DNA of 64,000 nucleotides from the NCBI GenBank assembly GCA_016699595.1, contig CP064982.1, positions 203,647-267,646 of the forward strand. The letters run 5' to 3'. Source of the DNA: a bacterium. Lineage in GTDB: Bacteria > Patescibacteriota > Dojkabacteria > GCA-016699595. Positions 1 through 10,712 of this stretch are shown one piece after another. The position numbers were made by a program, and so were the translations under genes. The notes beneath the pieces were generated by a model, which made no database searches, was not told the DNA's origin, and was given only the letters and a program-made list of their open reading frames with translations. The number at the start of each line of letters is the position of its first letter. Positions within the stretch are counted from its first letter, which is position 1.

Positions 1-334
1 AATTTATGTCGGCAACTAGTCCGTCTAAATCGTTTAAAATTTGCTCTTCACAATACATCAAAGTACTCATAGCTTGCGGAATGTCGATTTTTCCACTACT
101 CACACTTTCAACTTTACCACCACTTATATTGCAAAACTGCCAGTTTACTTGATTGTTTTCAAATTTCAAACTCCCACCCCTATAAGTTTCAGTAGCACGT
201 TCTAGCTTACTAACTTTCCAATTTCCTTGTATTTCATTTGTAGAGTTTATCAAGCTATATTCAATTCCATTTTTTGTTGTATAAATTTTGGATTGAGCTT
301 GCATATTATCTCTAACTACAAAATAAGCTAACAT
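1..334 (-). CDS. hypothetical protein; ATG at ~334, 3' end runs past the window start (not in the ORF track because it has no stop in the window)
   Basis: Manual translation of the minus strand gives an uninterrupted ORF: MLAYFVVRDNMQAQSKIYTTKNGIEYSLINSTNEIQGNWKVSKLERATETYRGG... No recognisable motif. Confidence 0.35.
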   Translation of the reverse strand, partial: MLAYFVVRDNMQAQSKIYTTKNGIEYSLINSTNEIQGNWKVSKLERATETYRGGSLKFENNQVNWQFCNISGGKVESVSSGKIDIPQAMSTLMYCEEQILNDLDGLVADIN

Positions 335-415
335 TAGTCCAAAAGAGTATTGTTATAAAAATTGAGATGATGATAAGAGTTTGTTTGGACATAGGTTTAA
401 TAACAAAAACAAATT

Positions 416-1687
416 TTATCTTCCCGTTTTTGCTTTTATCTCTTCTTTCATATTCAAAACTCCAGGTTTATTCAAAATCTCTTGTGCTGGTTGCAAAAGT
501 TCTACAAAGTAATCAGCTACTGCAATTTTCAAATCTACGGGATGTAGTTTCTTTGCTAGGAAGTCTTCTTTCAAAGTTGCAAAATCAGTATAGGTCAGAT
601 CACCCCCCCATTCTAATTTTCTTTTTATTTCCAATTTCTTATTTAATTTTGATTTTGGATTATCAAGTTTGAAAATAATCTTGTCACACCAGTCAAGTAT
701 AGGGTTGAGAGTATCATCACCTTCGGGACAATAAGCATTTCTTAGCTTGCTTCTGATTTCCTCTTCGTTCTCATCCATGAAAATTGCAGTACTTGCTTTG
801 CTTTTACTCATCTTAATTTCCGTTGCAGAGATTTCCTCGCCTTTCTTGACCTTCTGGAGCGTTTCAGTTGATGGTGCTTGCAATCCAAGTATCAATGCAT
901 GGTGTATAGCAACAGGTTTGAACCCCAATTCATTTCCTACATCTATTGCAATTACATGTATTTTTCTTTGATCCATACCTCCGTGGACAATTTTGTTGTC
1001 CATAAAGAAGATGTCTGCAGCTTGAAGTGGAGGGTAAATCAGACTTGCGAAGTTCACAACCTCCCCTTCAGTCCTACCCATGATATCTATACTTCGTTGA
1101 ATTCTTGCAAGTGTTGTGTTTTTACTGACTTTTATAAGAGTTTCCCAGTATGTAAGTGGAGATAGAACTTTATCTTGAGCAACTTTCCTGTTTTGTGACT
1201 CTGTCACTAAGACATCCTCCCTTGTGAGGGAGGCATTTAAATTATTAGGAATTTTGTCAGGATTATTTTTATAATATTCTCCACTATAAAGTTCAGATCC
1301 TGTTATAAATTCAAGTGGATTATCTCCATCAAGCTGAACGCCAACGCATTTTGCTCCAGCAATCATATATTCTTTGAAAAGTCCAACTCCGGTATTTTGA
1401 ATCAATTCCCAGTCTCCACCAAGTTTTCCGTTGATCCAAGCATGCCAATCTGCAATGAAAATTCTACAGTGAATGCCAAGTTTTTGAAGTTCTTTTATAA
1501 CCATCATACCTAGTATCCCATGCCCAATGTGTGGTCTACCTGAAACTTCGTAGCCTATATAATGATAAACTTTTTCACCGTTTGCAATTTGATTGAGAAG
1601 TTCGGCAAGTCTATCTTCTCCAAGTATTTCTTGAGTTAATGATTTTAGAGTTGTAAGATCTTTTGACATTATTATTGATTGTAGCAT
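416..1687 (-). CDS. tyrS: tyrosyl-tRNA synthetase, archaeal/eukaryotic type, with a ~100 aa internal insertion
   Basis: Class I motifs PHIGHG (HIGH) and KMSKS. The C-terminal block AYCPEG...EWGGDLTYTDFATLKEDFLAKKLHPVDLKIAVADYFVELL matches the euk/archaeal TyrRS anticodon-binding region (AFCEPG...KWGG...HPGDLKN). Stop is TAA. Confidence 0.8.
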   Translation of the reverse strand: MLQSIIMSKDLTTLKSLTQEILGEDRLAELLNQIANGEKVYHYIGYEVSGRPHIGHGILGMMVIKELQKLGIHCRIFIADWHAWINGKLGGDWELIQNTGVGLFKEYMIAGAKCVGVQLDGDNPLEFITGSELYSGEYYKNNPDKIPNNLNASLTREDVLVTESQNRKVAQDKVLSPLTYWETLIKVSKNTTLARIQRSIDIMGRTEGEVVNFASLIYPPLQAADIFFMDNKIVHGGMDQRKIHVIAIDVGNELGFKPVAIHHALILGLQAPSTETLQKVKKGEEISATEIKMSKSKASTAIFMDENEEEIRSKLRNAYCPEGDDTLNPILDWCDKIIFKLDNPKSKLNKKLEIKRKLEWGGDLTYTDFATLKEDFLAKKLHPVDLKIAVADYFVELLQPAQEILNKPGVLNMKEEIKAKTGR

Positions 1688-1950
1688 GTTTATATGCTTG
1701 ACAATTTATTTAGTGCTTACTGATTAGTGTTTAGTGATAGTTTCAAAGTGTATAAAAATGTAAACTAACTTTTGTTCAAATAGTGTAACTCTTGTAAATT
1801 ATTTTATACAAATTATTAAGTATCAACAAATCTTTTGCTAAATTCATAATTAATTTGTGTAAATTGTCTTAAAGGATCACTTTTGAACTTCTTGGTTTGT
1901 CCATAAACAGGAAAAATTTGCTTCGTTGAGACAAACTAGCAACAAGTTTT

Positions 1951-2397
1951 TTATACCTTTATTACTTTTGGTAACGGAATCCTCCCATCCAAAACCTCAT
2001 CAACTTTTATATTCTTTTCTTGTGGAATTTCGAGTTTATCTTTTTTCGCCAGTTCTTCAATTATAAACTCTATTTTTTCTATAAGTTTTTCGGCTTTCAA
2101 ATCAGCTATAAAGTCAGCATCATCACGAACTTGATTTCTTTTTTCCTGTCTGTTTTGAGAAATAAGTAATAGAGGCATGAAAGTCATTGATTCTACTGCC
2201 AGAATTAAATTCAAAATTTGGAAGGTTTGAGAATCAATTGTAATTTTGGCTTCGGATGCTATCAAAACCAAATTCAATATAATCCAAAAAGCGATAAATA
2301 TAGTATGTATTATCAAAAATTTCCAACTGCCAAGTATTTGACCAACCTTATCAGCTAAAATTTCAGATTTTTGACTTTGTTTTTCTTGGTTGAACAT
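1951..2397 (-). CDS. DUF1003 family membrane protein
   Basis: Two TM helices followed by ISQNRQ...DFIADLKAEKLIEKI, which matches the DUF1003 signature (SQNRQ, D..NLKAE). Confidence 0.65.
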   Translation of the reverse strand: MFNQEKQSQKSEILADKVGQILGSWKFLIIHTIFIAFWIILNLVLIASEAKITIDSQTFQILNLILAVESMTFMPLLLISQNRQEKRNQVRDDADFIADLKAEKLIEKIEFIIEELAKKDKLEIPQEKNIKVDEVLDGRIPLPKVIKV

Positions 2398-2485
2398 ATA
2401 TTGATTTTACGAAAATTCTACTTTTACTGCAAATTATTACTATTAGAAAGTTTGTATGTGCTAAAATATTTTGATTATAAATTAT

Positions 2486-3172
2486 ATGCATAAAAAAGAT
2501 ATGGATAAATTAAGAAAATACTTACCACAGATATTGGTACTTTTGACAGTGATCTTGTCAATACTTGGTATATATTATCTAATTTCTCGAAATGGAAATA
2601 AAGATTCAGAAGTTCTAACTGAATTGAACGCCACAAAGTCTGAGATAACAAAAGGGACGAATGATCCTAAAATAATTGTAGATATTTTTAGTGATTTTCG
2701 ATGCCCTGCATGTAGATATGCAAATATGACAATTGAACCTGCACTTTATGAAAAGTACAAAGATCAAGTGCAGTTTAGATTTAGACATTTTCCTTTGCCA
2801 TCTCATGGTCAACTTGCAGTTGATGCTTCCGAAGCTGCTGAGACAGTGTTTCGTTTATCAAACTCTGATACTTTTTGGAAGTATGCAAACAAACTTTTTG
2901 TCGAACAAGGTACAGATATGGGAGAAGTCACTTTCACGCTAGATAATTTTGGACTTTGGGCAGAAGAATTTGGTGTAAATAAGGAAGAATTTCTAAATAG
3001 CATGAACTCTGCAAAATATAGACAAAATGTTCAAAAAGATATAGATCTAGGAAATAAACTTGGTGTATCTTGGACTCCAAGTTGGTTTGTAAATGGGAAG
3101 CTTGTAAAAAGCTCTAGTCAAGATTTAGAAGGTATAAGCAAAGTTATAGATGAAGCTTTAAAGAATTTATAA
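2486..3172 (+). CDS. DsbA-like thiol:disulfide oxidoreductase (thioredoxin fold), N-terminal membrane anchor
   Basis: CxxC active site in DFRCPACRY within a thioredoxin-like context, after an N-terminal TM segment. The track ORF starts at a TTG at 2471; the first ATG is at 2486. Confidence 0.7.
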   Translation: MHKKDMDKLRKYLPQILVLLTVILSILGIYYLISRNGNKDSEVLTELNATKSEITKGTNDPKIIVDIFSDFRCPACRYANMTIEPALYEKYKDQVQFRFRHFPLPSHGQLAVDASEAAETVFRLSNSDTFWKYANKLFVEQGTDMGEVTFTLDNFGLWAEEFGVNKEEFLNSMNSAKYRQNVQKDIDLGNKLGVSWTPSWFVNGKLVKSSSQDLEGISKVIDEALKNL

Positions 3173-3244
3173 AGTGTGATTTATTCTTTCAAAATTTGCT
3201 GACAATATTGAAAAAATTTGTCGATATTATCAGCAAATGGTTTC

Positions 3245-5722
3245 TTATATCTTTTTAATTTTTAGCTTGCCTTTTCCAACTTTCACTTCAAAGTCATTTT
3301 CATCTTGCAAAATCCCTTCTGCGATTTTATCTTCTACTTCTCTTTGAATTACTCTTCTTATTTCCCTTGCTCCAAATTCCTCACTAAATCCATCTTCCAA
3401 TAGTTGTTCGATGACTTTTTCATCGTATTTCATATCAAAATGTTGAGATACTAAGTTTTTGACTACTTTGTCGAGTTCTAGCCTAACTATTTGTTGTACT
3501 TCATCTTTTGCAAGTGGCTTGAAAATAATTATCCCATCAAGTCTGTTTATAAATTCTGGTTTGAAAAATTTGTCTATGTCTTCTCTGACTTCTTGGACTA
3601 CAAAATCCCAAGTTGATTTAGGGTTATCATTTTTTGTAACTTTACTTTTTTTCGCTTCGATATTGTCCGTATCTTCATTAACTTTGAAACCCAATGCATT
3701 ACTTACTTTCCCAAATTTATAATAATCTTGAATAATTTCAGAACCTAAGTTGCTTGTTGCAATAATTATAGTATTTTTGAAACTAACTGTTCTACCTTTT
3801 CCGTCAGTCAATCTTCCATCTTCAAGAATCTGAAGTAAAGTATTGAAGATTTCATTATCTGCCTTTTCTATTTCGTCAAGTAAGATCAAACTATAAGGAT
3901 TTCTACGAACTTTTTCAGTTAATTGTCCACCTTCATCATAACCAACATAACCTGGAGGAGCTCCAATTAGTTTGCTTGAAGTGAATTTTTCACTAAATTC
4001 ACTCATGTCAATTCTGATTATATTTTCATCACTTCCAAATACTTCAGCAGCGACTGATTTTGCAAGTTCTGTTTTACCTACCCCAGTTGGGCCAAGAAAT
4101 AGAAAACTAGCAATTGGCCTACTTGGACTTTTCAAACCAGCTCTGGCTCTACGAATAGCACTTGCGACAGCTTGAACAGCTTCGTTTTGACCTATCAATC
4201 TTTTGTGAATATCTGATTCTAAATTAATTAGTTTCAACTTTTCGTCAAGTTTAAGTCTACTAACTGGAATTTTTGTGATCATTGAGCAAACTTCAGCTAT
4301 ATCATCTTCAGTTAATTTTGGAGTTCCAGTTCCTCGAACTTTCATCCATTCTTGTGTCAATTTTTCAATCTCTTTTTGCTTTTCATCTATTTCCAATTTC
4401 AAAGCGGCTGCTTCTTCAAACTTTTGGGAAACTGTAAGACTTTCTCTTTCTTGTTCCATTTTTCCTATCTCATGTTCAACCTTCTTCAAATCTTCAGGCT
4501 TTACCATTTTTTCTAACCTAACTTTACTTGCAGCTTCATCGATAAGATCAATTGCTTTATCCGGCATAAACCTGTCCTGAATATATTTCTCAGCAAATTC
4601 AGCAGCAGCAACTATAGCTTCATCAGTAATTTCAATTTTGTGATGGGATTCATACTTGTCTTTGATTCCTCGCAAAATCGCTATAGTTTCTTCAATTGTT
4701 GGTTCATCAACTTGAACTGGTTGAAATCTTCTTTCCAAGGCTCCGTCTTTTTCTATATATTTTCTATATTCATCAATCGTCGTTGCACCAATCATCTGAA
4801 GCTCACCCCTAGCTAATGGTGGTTTCATTATATTGCTTAGGTCAAGTCCACCTTCTTTGTCACCTGCCCCAACAACTGTATGAAGCTCGTCGATAAATAA
4901 AATAATTTTTCCCTTTGCTCTCTGAACTTCTTGAAGAATCTTCATCGCTCTTTCTTCAAATTCACCTCGAAACTTAGCACCAGCAACAAGCATCCCGAGA
5001 TCAAGCGCCATAACCCTTTTGTCAAGTAAGACTTCAGGAACATTTCCACTAGAAATCCTAAGTGCCAAACCTTCAGCAATTGCAGTTTTTCCCACACCAG
5101 GATCACCAATCAAAACCGGATTATTTTTTTTTCTTCTACTAAGAATTTGTATAACTCTAGTGACTTCCTTGCTTCTTCCTATAACTGGATCAATTTTCCC
5201 TGCCTTTGCAAGTGCTGTAAGATCACGGCTATACTTGTCAATTGTGGGCGTTTCACTAACTTCTTTTTTCTTTAGTTCTTCAGCTCCAACTATTTTTTCT
5301 ACTGCGTTTCGAACTTCAGGAAGGTTTAGTCCAAAAGACTTCAAGACTTGTGCAGCCAACCCCTCATTTTCTTCAAGCAATCCTATCAAAATATGTTCGG
5401 GTCCTACATACCTATGATTCAAGTTTCTTGCATTTTGTATAGCAAGTTCCAAAACCTGTTTTGCACGAGGTGAAATCTCAATTTGATTTGCATTCGTTGC
5501 ATTGCCAGGAGTCAGGCTTGGTTCTATTCGGTTTCTTATAGCTTCAGATGATGTTCCTAAATCATTCAATACTCTATCTACAACATCATCACTACAAATT
5601 CCCAACAACAGATGTTCTGTATCTATAAATGGCATTCTAAAGTCAAGTGCGTATTTGGCTGCGTTTTGAATTGCTTCTTTTGCCCTATCTGAGAAAAGGT
5701 CTAGTAAATTGAATTGAAACAT
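3245..5722 (-). CDS. clpC: ATP-dependent Clp protease ATP-binding subunit ClpC (double AAA+ ATPase)
   Basis: Two Clp_N repeats, then two Walker A P-loops (GDPGVGKT, GPTGVGKT). The middle domain is short (~60 aa, UVR-like), as in ClpC rather than ClpB. A candidate ClpP-docking loop LGF follows NBD2. 825 aa. Confidence 0.85.
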   Translation of the reverse strand: MFQFNLLDLFSDRAKEAIQNAAKYALDFRMPFIDTEHLLLGICSDDVVDRVLNDLGTSSEAIRNRIEPSLTPGNATNANQIEISPRAKQVLELAIQNARNLNHRYVGPEHILIGLLEENEGLAAQVLKSFGLNLPEVRNAVEKIVGAEELKKKEVSETPTIDKYSRDLTALAKAGKIDPVIGRSKEVTRVIQILSRRKKNNPVLIGDPGVGKTAIAEGLALRISSGNVPEVLLDKRVMALDLGMLVAGAKFRGEFEERAMKILQEVQRAKGKIILFIDELHTVVGAGDKEGGLDLSNIMKPPLARGELQMIGATTIDEYRKYIEKDGALERRFQPVQVDEPTIEETIAILRGIKDKYESHHKIEITDEAIVAAAEFAEKYIQDRFMPDKAIDLIDEAASKVRLEKMVKPEDLKKVEHEIGKMEQERESLTVSQKFEEAAALKLEIDEKQKEIEKLTQEWMKVRGTGTPKLTEDDIAEVCSMITKIPVSRLKLDEKLKLINLESDIHKRLIGQNEAVQAVASAIRRARAGLKSPSRPIASFLFLGPTGVGKTELAKSVAAEVFGSDENIIRIDMSEFSEKFTSSKLIGAPPGYVGYDEGGQLTEKVRRNPYSLILLDEIEKADNEIFNTLLQILEDGRLTDGKGRTVSFKNTIIIATSNLGSEIIQDYYKFGKVSNALGFKVNEDTDNIEAKKSKVTKNDNPKSTWDFVVQEVREDIDKFFKPEFINRLDGIIIFKPLAKDEVQQIVRLELDKVVKNLVSQHFDMKYDEKVIEQLLEDGFSEEFGAREIRRVIQREVEDKIAEGILQDENDFEVKVGKGKLKIKKI

Positions 5723-5972
5723 AGCTTGTTAAATAAAGTAAATTGTTTGATAAATTGAATGTAAAATTACATCTAATTTTAATTTTATCATTATTTTTGA
5801 AGAATGGAAGTAAAAAACTAGCAATCACAAAGAAGCAGTGCTAATGCAAATTGTTTCAAATAAAATAATGGATTTAGCAAGTTAGCTTTACTATACAGTA
5901 AGCAATTTTCTTCAAAATCAAACTTTATAATTAAAGGTAAAGTGAATTGACAATAAATAGTTGTTACTCATT

Positions 5973-8384
5973 TTATCCAACTTGTGCTCCCAATTTTTCT
6001 ACAACTTCTTTTGTTATCAAGTCTACTATATTCTTATCTTCAGAAGTTGCTCTAACTGTAACAGCATGTTTGGTATCTTTATCAAATCTACTTACTTGAG
6101 ATACTTCAATGTCAAAAAAGTTATCTTTTATGAAGTCTACTAGCTCCTTTATCTGAAACCTGTCTCCTACTTCGAATGTTATGTCTTGTGAGATAGCTTC
6201 GGTACTGACTGGTTTGAAATTCAGATTATTCCGCTCACTATATTTCAGCATCTTTTCCAAATCCAATTCTGCAAGTCCAACTTCATTCAGTTTGAAATTC
6301 TCGCTAACTTGGGGGTTCACCAAACCAAAGTAACCTAGAATATCTTCTCCAATTCTTACAATTCCAGCTTGTGATGGATTGAAGATAAGTTGTATATCAT
6401 CCGTGTCTCCTAGTTCAGTAAAACTTACAATTTCATAATTGTCAGATATATTACTAATGTCCAAAACTTCTTGAACATAATGACTCAATTGCTCTAGTTT
6501 ATTTGTAGTTAGCAATCCAAGTTTCCAAGGTTGAGAAGGTATTCTTATTACTCCATTTGACTCGATCATAGAGTTTGTCACAATTCTTGTAAGTTCAAAG
6601 TAATTTATTTCTTCAAATCCAAACCTTCTCCTGTTGATACTTGCTTTTTCCAATAATGATGGTAAAAGTGTATCTCGTAATTTGTTGAGTTCCGGTGATA
6701 AAGGATTTAGAACTTGTATAAGGCTGTTTGAGTTCAGGTTGCTATTTTCCCAAAGATTATCATTTACAAATGTATAACTTAACATTTCATCAAAACTTTG
6801 TCCAATTAAGAAAGTTTTCAACTTCCTTTCCAGTTTTGATACATCGCTTGTTTTAACTGGAGTAGCATTTCGCTTTGGTATTGTTGGCTCTATCAAATTA
6901 TAACCATACAACCTCCCAATTTCTTCAAGTATATCCTCTTCAATGTTTATATCTCTTCGCCAAGTAGGAATAAGAAGTGTCACAAAGTTGGTATTCAAAA
7001 CTGGGTTGACTCCATCGACATTAACATATGCTGCGTGATCTGTGTTGATACCTAGTGATTTTAGCTTATTTATTGCCTCAGTTTTGTCCATACTAATACC
7101 AAGAAATCTCGATACTCTATTGAAGTCAAATTCCACGTACTTGTCACTCATCGGCTCTGGATAAATATCTATAATTTCAGATGCAACCTCTCCCCCTGCG
7201 ATATCTACTATCAAACTAGCAACTTCATTTATTGCTTGCACTGTAAGTTCTGGGTCAAGGCCCTTCTCAAAACGAGTTGATGCCTCTGATCTCAGTCCTA
7301 GAGTTCTACTTGTTCTTCGGATATTGAACATTTCAAAATTCGCAGCCTCAATTAGTATAGTTCTTGTTTCATTACTAATTTCTGAATCCATGCCACCCAT
7401 TATGCCAGCAATGCCAACTGGAGTATTTTCACCATCGCAAATCAACATCATTGATTCATTCAAATCTCTTCTAACATTATCTAATGTAAGAATGCTCTCA
7501 TCAAGATTTGCATCTCTTGCAATCAATTTATTTCCTTTGATTTTACTGTAATCATAAGCATGAATCGGTTGTCCTAAATCCATCATTACAAAGTTCGTAG
7601 CATCTACTATATTATTCACCGGTCTCATACCAACTGAAGCAAGTCTATCCATCAACCAAATTGGTGATGGCCCAACTCTGACACCTTTTATCACTATTCC
7701 TGAAAATCTTTTGCAATTATCTGTTTGTATTTCGATTTCCAAATCAAGATTTGTAGTTTTTGTAGGAAGCTTGTATTCAATTTCTGCAAAATTATCTAAT
7801 TCTAATATTGCATTGACTTCTCTAGCTATACCTTTTATCCCAAAACAATCGCCTCTATGTGTCAAACTTTTATTCTCAATTTCATAAACTATATCAGGGT
7901 TGAATTCGCCCTTGATGTCTTCGTCGGTAACTAATTCAGTACCTACAATTTCATTATTATTCAGTTCAAGTATACCATTATGCTCCGAACTAAGTCCAAG
8001 TTCTCGTTCAGAACAAATCATTCCTTGACTCTTGATTCCTGCAATCTCAGCTTCATCTATATCAAACTTCTCTCCAAATTCATTCAAGCAACTACCGCCT
8101 ACTTTGCAAACGACGACTTTCAAATTGCTTCTTACATTTGTGGCTCCACAAACAATGTCCACAGCTTCATTTCCAATGTCAACTTTGCAGATATGAAGCT
8201 TCTTTGACTTTGGATGTTCGCTAACTTCAAGTACTTCTCCAACAACAAGTTTGTTCAATTTATCATTTCTGAATGTAAATCCCTCAACTTCTGCAAGTTT
8301 TTGTGTTATTTGTGTTCTAAATTCTTCTGTGTCGTTAGTAAGTTTCGGGATATAAGTTTTTAACCAGTTATTTGAAATAAGCAT
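5973..8384 (-). CDS. pheT: phenylalanyl-tRNA synthetase beta subunit
   Basis: 803 aa with typical PheT N-terminus (MLISNNWLKTYIP) and B3/4, B5 and catalytic-like domains. Lies directly downstream of pheS. Confidence 0.9.
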   Translation of the reverse strand: MLISNNWLKTYIPKLTNDTEEFRTQITQKLAEVEGFTFRNDKLNKLVVGEVLEVSEHPKSKKLHICKVDIGNEAVDIVCGATNVRSNLKVVVCKVGGSCLNEFGEKFDIDEAEIAGIKSQGMICSERELGLSSEHNGILELNNNEIVGTELVTDEDIKGEFNPDIVYEIENKSLTHRGDCFGIKGIAREVNAILELDNFAEIEYKLPTKTTNLDLEIEIQTDNCKRFSGIVIKGVRVGPSPIWLMDRLASVGMRPVNNIVDATNFVMMDLGQPIHAYDYSKIKGNKLIARDANLDESILTLDNVRRDLNESMMLICDGENTPVGIAGIMGGMDSEISNETRTILIEAANFEMFNIRRTSRTLGLRSEASTRFEKGLDPELTVQAINEVASLIVDIAGGEVASEIIDIYPEPMSDKYVEFDFNRVSRFLGISMDKTEAINKLKSLGINTDHAAYVNVDGVNPVLNTNFVTLLIPTWRRDINIEEDILEEIGRLYGYNLIEPTIPKRNATPVKTSDVSKLERKLKTFLIGQSFDEMLSYTFVNDNLWENSNLNSNSLIQVLNPLSPELNKLRDTLLPSLLEKASINRRRFGFEEINYFELTRIVTNSMIESNGVIRIPSQPWKLGLLTTNKLEQLSHYVQEVLDISNISDNYEIVSFTELGDTDDIQLIFNPSQAGIVRIGEDILGYFGLVNPQVSENFKLNEVGLAELDLEKMLKYSERNNLNFKPVSTEAISQDITFEVGDRFQIKELVDFIKDNFFDIEVSQVSRFDKDTKHAVTVRATSEDKNIVDLITKEVVEKLGAQVG

Positions 8385-8594
8385 TTTTATATAACAATTA
8401 AATATAAAATATTAGATAAAATCTATTTGATACTAAATATTATTTACTTTCCTTCTATTCTATAATTTACAATAATCATAATGCACTTAGCTAGGTCTGT
8501 GAAGTATTTGGAACTTGAATGCTGATTACATAAACTCTGACTTAGCTTACTTGATAAATATATGATATATCAAGCGTCTAGCACTTAATCATTT

Positions 8595-9623
8595 TCAAAA
8601 CTGATCCAAGAATCTTCGGTCTCCTGAATGAAAAAGTCTAATATCATCGACTGCATACTTTATCATTACCAATCTTTCAAGTCCAAAACCCCAAGCGAAG
8701 CCGGAATAAACCTCGTGGTCAATCTCGGCCATTTTCAAAACATTTGGATGAATCATTCCGCAACCAAGAACTTCCAACCAACCAGTACCTTTCGTTATTT
8801 TCAAAATATTTTCACTTGGATTATCCCATCTAATTTCAATGCCGTTTCCGGGCTCAACGAAAGGAAAGTAATCACAGCTAATTCTGATCTCAACTTCTTT
8901 CTCGAAATAGGCTTCAAAAAAAGTTTTCAAGATACCTATCATATCACTAAACCTAATTCCCTTCCCTACTACGACACCTTCACACTGGAAGAAAGTATGT
9001 TCATGTCGAGCATCAGTGGATTCATGTCGAAAACATTTTCCAATACCTGCAGTTCCAAGAAATCCGTTCTCAAGTGCATCGATTTTCGTAGCGAACTCTT
9101 TCAATATCCTATTTTGAAGTGAGCTAGTATGAGTTATCAAAACATTTTTGTCAACATTTGTAAAAAGTGTATCCCAACTATCTCTTGCTGGATGACCTTC
9201 AGGTATATTTACAGCTTCAAAATTGTTGTATTCACTATCTACCTCAAAAGCATAAGCAATTTCAAAACCCATTTTTTGGAAAATATCTTCAATCTTCCAT
9301 CTTTCTTGTGTGAGTGGATTTAGTTTGCCAATCTTATGTTGCGGAATTGCAAGACTTATATCCTTCCAAGTAGATAGCTGTATTGACAATTCTTTCTTCT
9401 TTAGCTCTTCTCGCTTTGTATCAAAGATATTTTGCAACAATTTTTTTTGATTGTTTAATTCATTTCCAAGCAGTTTTCTTTGCTCTACAGGTAACTGAGT
9501 AAGATCTTTGAACTTTTTCATTAGTTCGGATTGTGGACCGATTGTATCTTTTTCGAAGGTATCTAGTTCTGAAATAGTGTCTATGAGGCTTACTTTATTT
9601 TGTAGTTCAGTTGTTTCTGACAT
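8595..9623 (-). CDS. pheS: phenylalanyl-tRNA synthetase alpha subunit
   Basis: Class II motifs FRHESTDARHEHTFFQCEGVVVG and GFAWGFGLERL. Ends ...RRFLDQF followed by TGA, the canonical PheS C-terminus. The likely ATG start is at MSETTELQ (~9623); the track ORF extends to a TTG at 9653. Confidence 0.9.
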   Translation of the reverse strand: MSETTELQNKVSLIDTISELDTFEKDTIGPQSELMKKFKDLTQLPVEQRKLLGNELNNQKKLLQNIFDTKREELKKKELSIQLSTWKDISLAIPQHKIGKLNPLTQERWKIEDIFQKMGFEIAYAFEVDSEYNNFEAVNIPEGHPARDSWDTLFTNVDKNVLITHTSSLQNRILKEFATKIDALENGFLGTAGIGKCFRHESTDARHEHTFFQCEGVVVGKGIRFSDMIGILKTFFEAYFEKEVEIRISCDYFPFVEPGNGIEIRWDNPSENILKITKGTGWLEVLGCGMIHPNVLKMAEIDHEVYSGFAWGFGLERLVMIKYAVDDIRLFHSGDRRFLDQF

Positions 9624-9658
9624 GGCGGTGATTATAACAATAAAACCTTTCAATAGAC

Positions 9659-9682
9659 AAAAAAATCCCGCAGTTGCGGGAT
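9659..9682 (-). terminator. rho-independent terminator downstream of the 9732..10136 gene
   Basis: On the minus strand: GGATCCCGCAACTGCGGGAT hairpin (8-bp GC-rich stem) followed by TTTTTTT. Confidence 0.55.
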
Positions 9683-9731
9683 CCTTAGTCTCAACATAGT
9701 GTAGTCGAGCTACCGACTATATTCGATTATA

Positions 9732-10136
9732 TTATATCAAATTCAATTCCCTTAATTTTGCTCCCAAAGCTTTTAGTAGCATTAATTGAAATTTTGTTGT
9801 AGGTTTATGTTCTATTCCTTTAGGATCTGTGAGTTTATCTATACCCTCCCCCAATATTTCAAACGACTCAGGAGGTATTTGCAACAATTGTCTGTAAGTT
9901 ACTGAACTATTCAAAAGAATAAATTCTGCAGCTATTCTAGCTAAATTATTTATAGCTTCACTAAAAACTTTTCGAACTCCTTTTGTTCCAGGATTTATTA
10001 ATTCGCCTGTATTAAAGCTATGTGCTTCTAGTTCCAATAAATCTGGTTTACGCTGTACATTATTTGTAAACAAGCGAACTATTTCATCTACTTTTTCTTG
10101 TTTTTCGCGTTGTTTTTCTTCCTTTCTAGTAGTCAT
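9732..10136 (-). CDS. hypothetical protein (134 aa) between rplT and pheS
   Basis: Clean ATG-to-TAA ORF in operon context. No recognisable motif. Confidence 0.45.
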   Translation of the reverse strand: MTTRKEEKQREKQEKVDEIVRLFTNNVQRKPDLLELEAHSFNTGELINPGTKGVRKVFSEAINNLARIAAEFILLNSSVTYRQLLQIPPESFEILGEGIDKLTDPKGIEHKPTTKFQLMLLKALGAKLRELNLI

Positions 10137-10144
10137 CTTAGTAA

Positions 10145-10489
10145 TTATTTTACATTATTTACTATTTCACCAAAAACTTCAGGTTTATCAAGAGCTAGGG
10201 TAGCAAGAATTTTCCTGTTCAATCTCTTGAAATCAGATTTTCCAAGCTTATTTATAAATTCACTATATCTCATATCATACTTTGTTAATTCTGCAGAAAT
10301 CATTTTGATCCATCTTTCTCTATATACAGAAGTTCGTCTCCTTCTATGTCTGAAGCTATAATCTCCGGCATGCAATACTGCTTCTTTTGCTCTTTTGATC
10401 AACTTGTGATTTGATCCTAAGTAGCCTTTCGTCAATCCTAGTATTTTTTTGTGTTTTCTATGGGCTGAAATGCCTCTTTTTACTCTCAT
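10145..10489 (-). CDS. rplT: 50S ribosomal protein L20
   Basis: MRVKRGISAHRKHKKIL...FRHRRRR... is a typical L20. Part of the infC-rpmI-rplT arrangement. Confidence 0.92.
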   Translation of the reverse strand: MRVKRGISAHRKHKKILGLTKGYLGSNHKLIKRAKEAVLHAGDYSFRHRRRRTSVYRERWIKMISAELTKYDMRYSEFINKLGKSDFKRLNRKILATLALDKPEVFGEIVNNVK

Positions 10490-10493
10490 TTTT

Positions 10494-10694
10494 TTATATC
10501 CATTTAATTATAGTTTTTGTTTGTGCAGTCTTTGTTAGAGATTTATCGCCAGTCATTCGATTTTTTTTCAGTGCTGACTTCTTTCCTTTCAAATGATGAT
10601 TGTCGAATTGACCACTATGCATAAGTTTTTGTTCTGTTTTGGAGCCTGTAACTCGAAATCGCTTCGAAAGACCTTTGTGCGTTTTTTGTTTCAT
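10494..10694 (-). CDS. rpmI: 50S ribosomal protein L35
   Basis: 66 aa, MKQKTHKGLSKRFRVTGSK..., a typical L35. Confidence 0.9.
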   Translation of the reverse strand: MKQKTHKGLSKRFRVTGSKTEQKLMHSGQFDNHHLKGKKSALKKNRMTGDKSLTKTAQTKTIIKWI

Positions 10695-10712
10695 CTTGAT
10701 AATTTTGTAAAA

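Noticed and set aside
367-1165. Plus-strand track ORFs 367..672, 747..971, 878..1165.
   Set aside because: They are antisense to tyrS with no supporting features.
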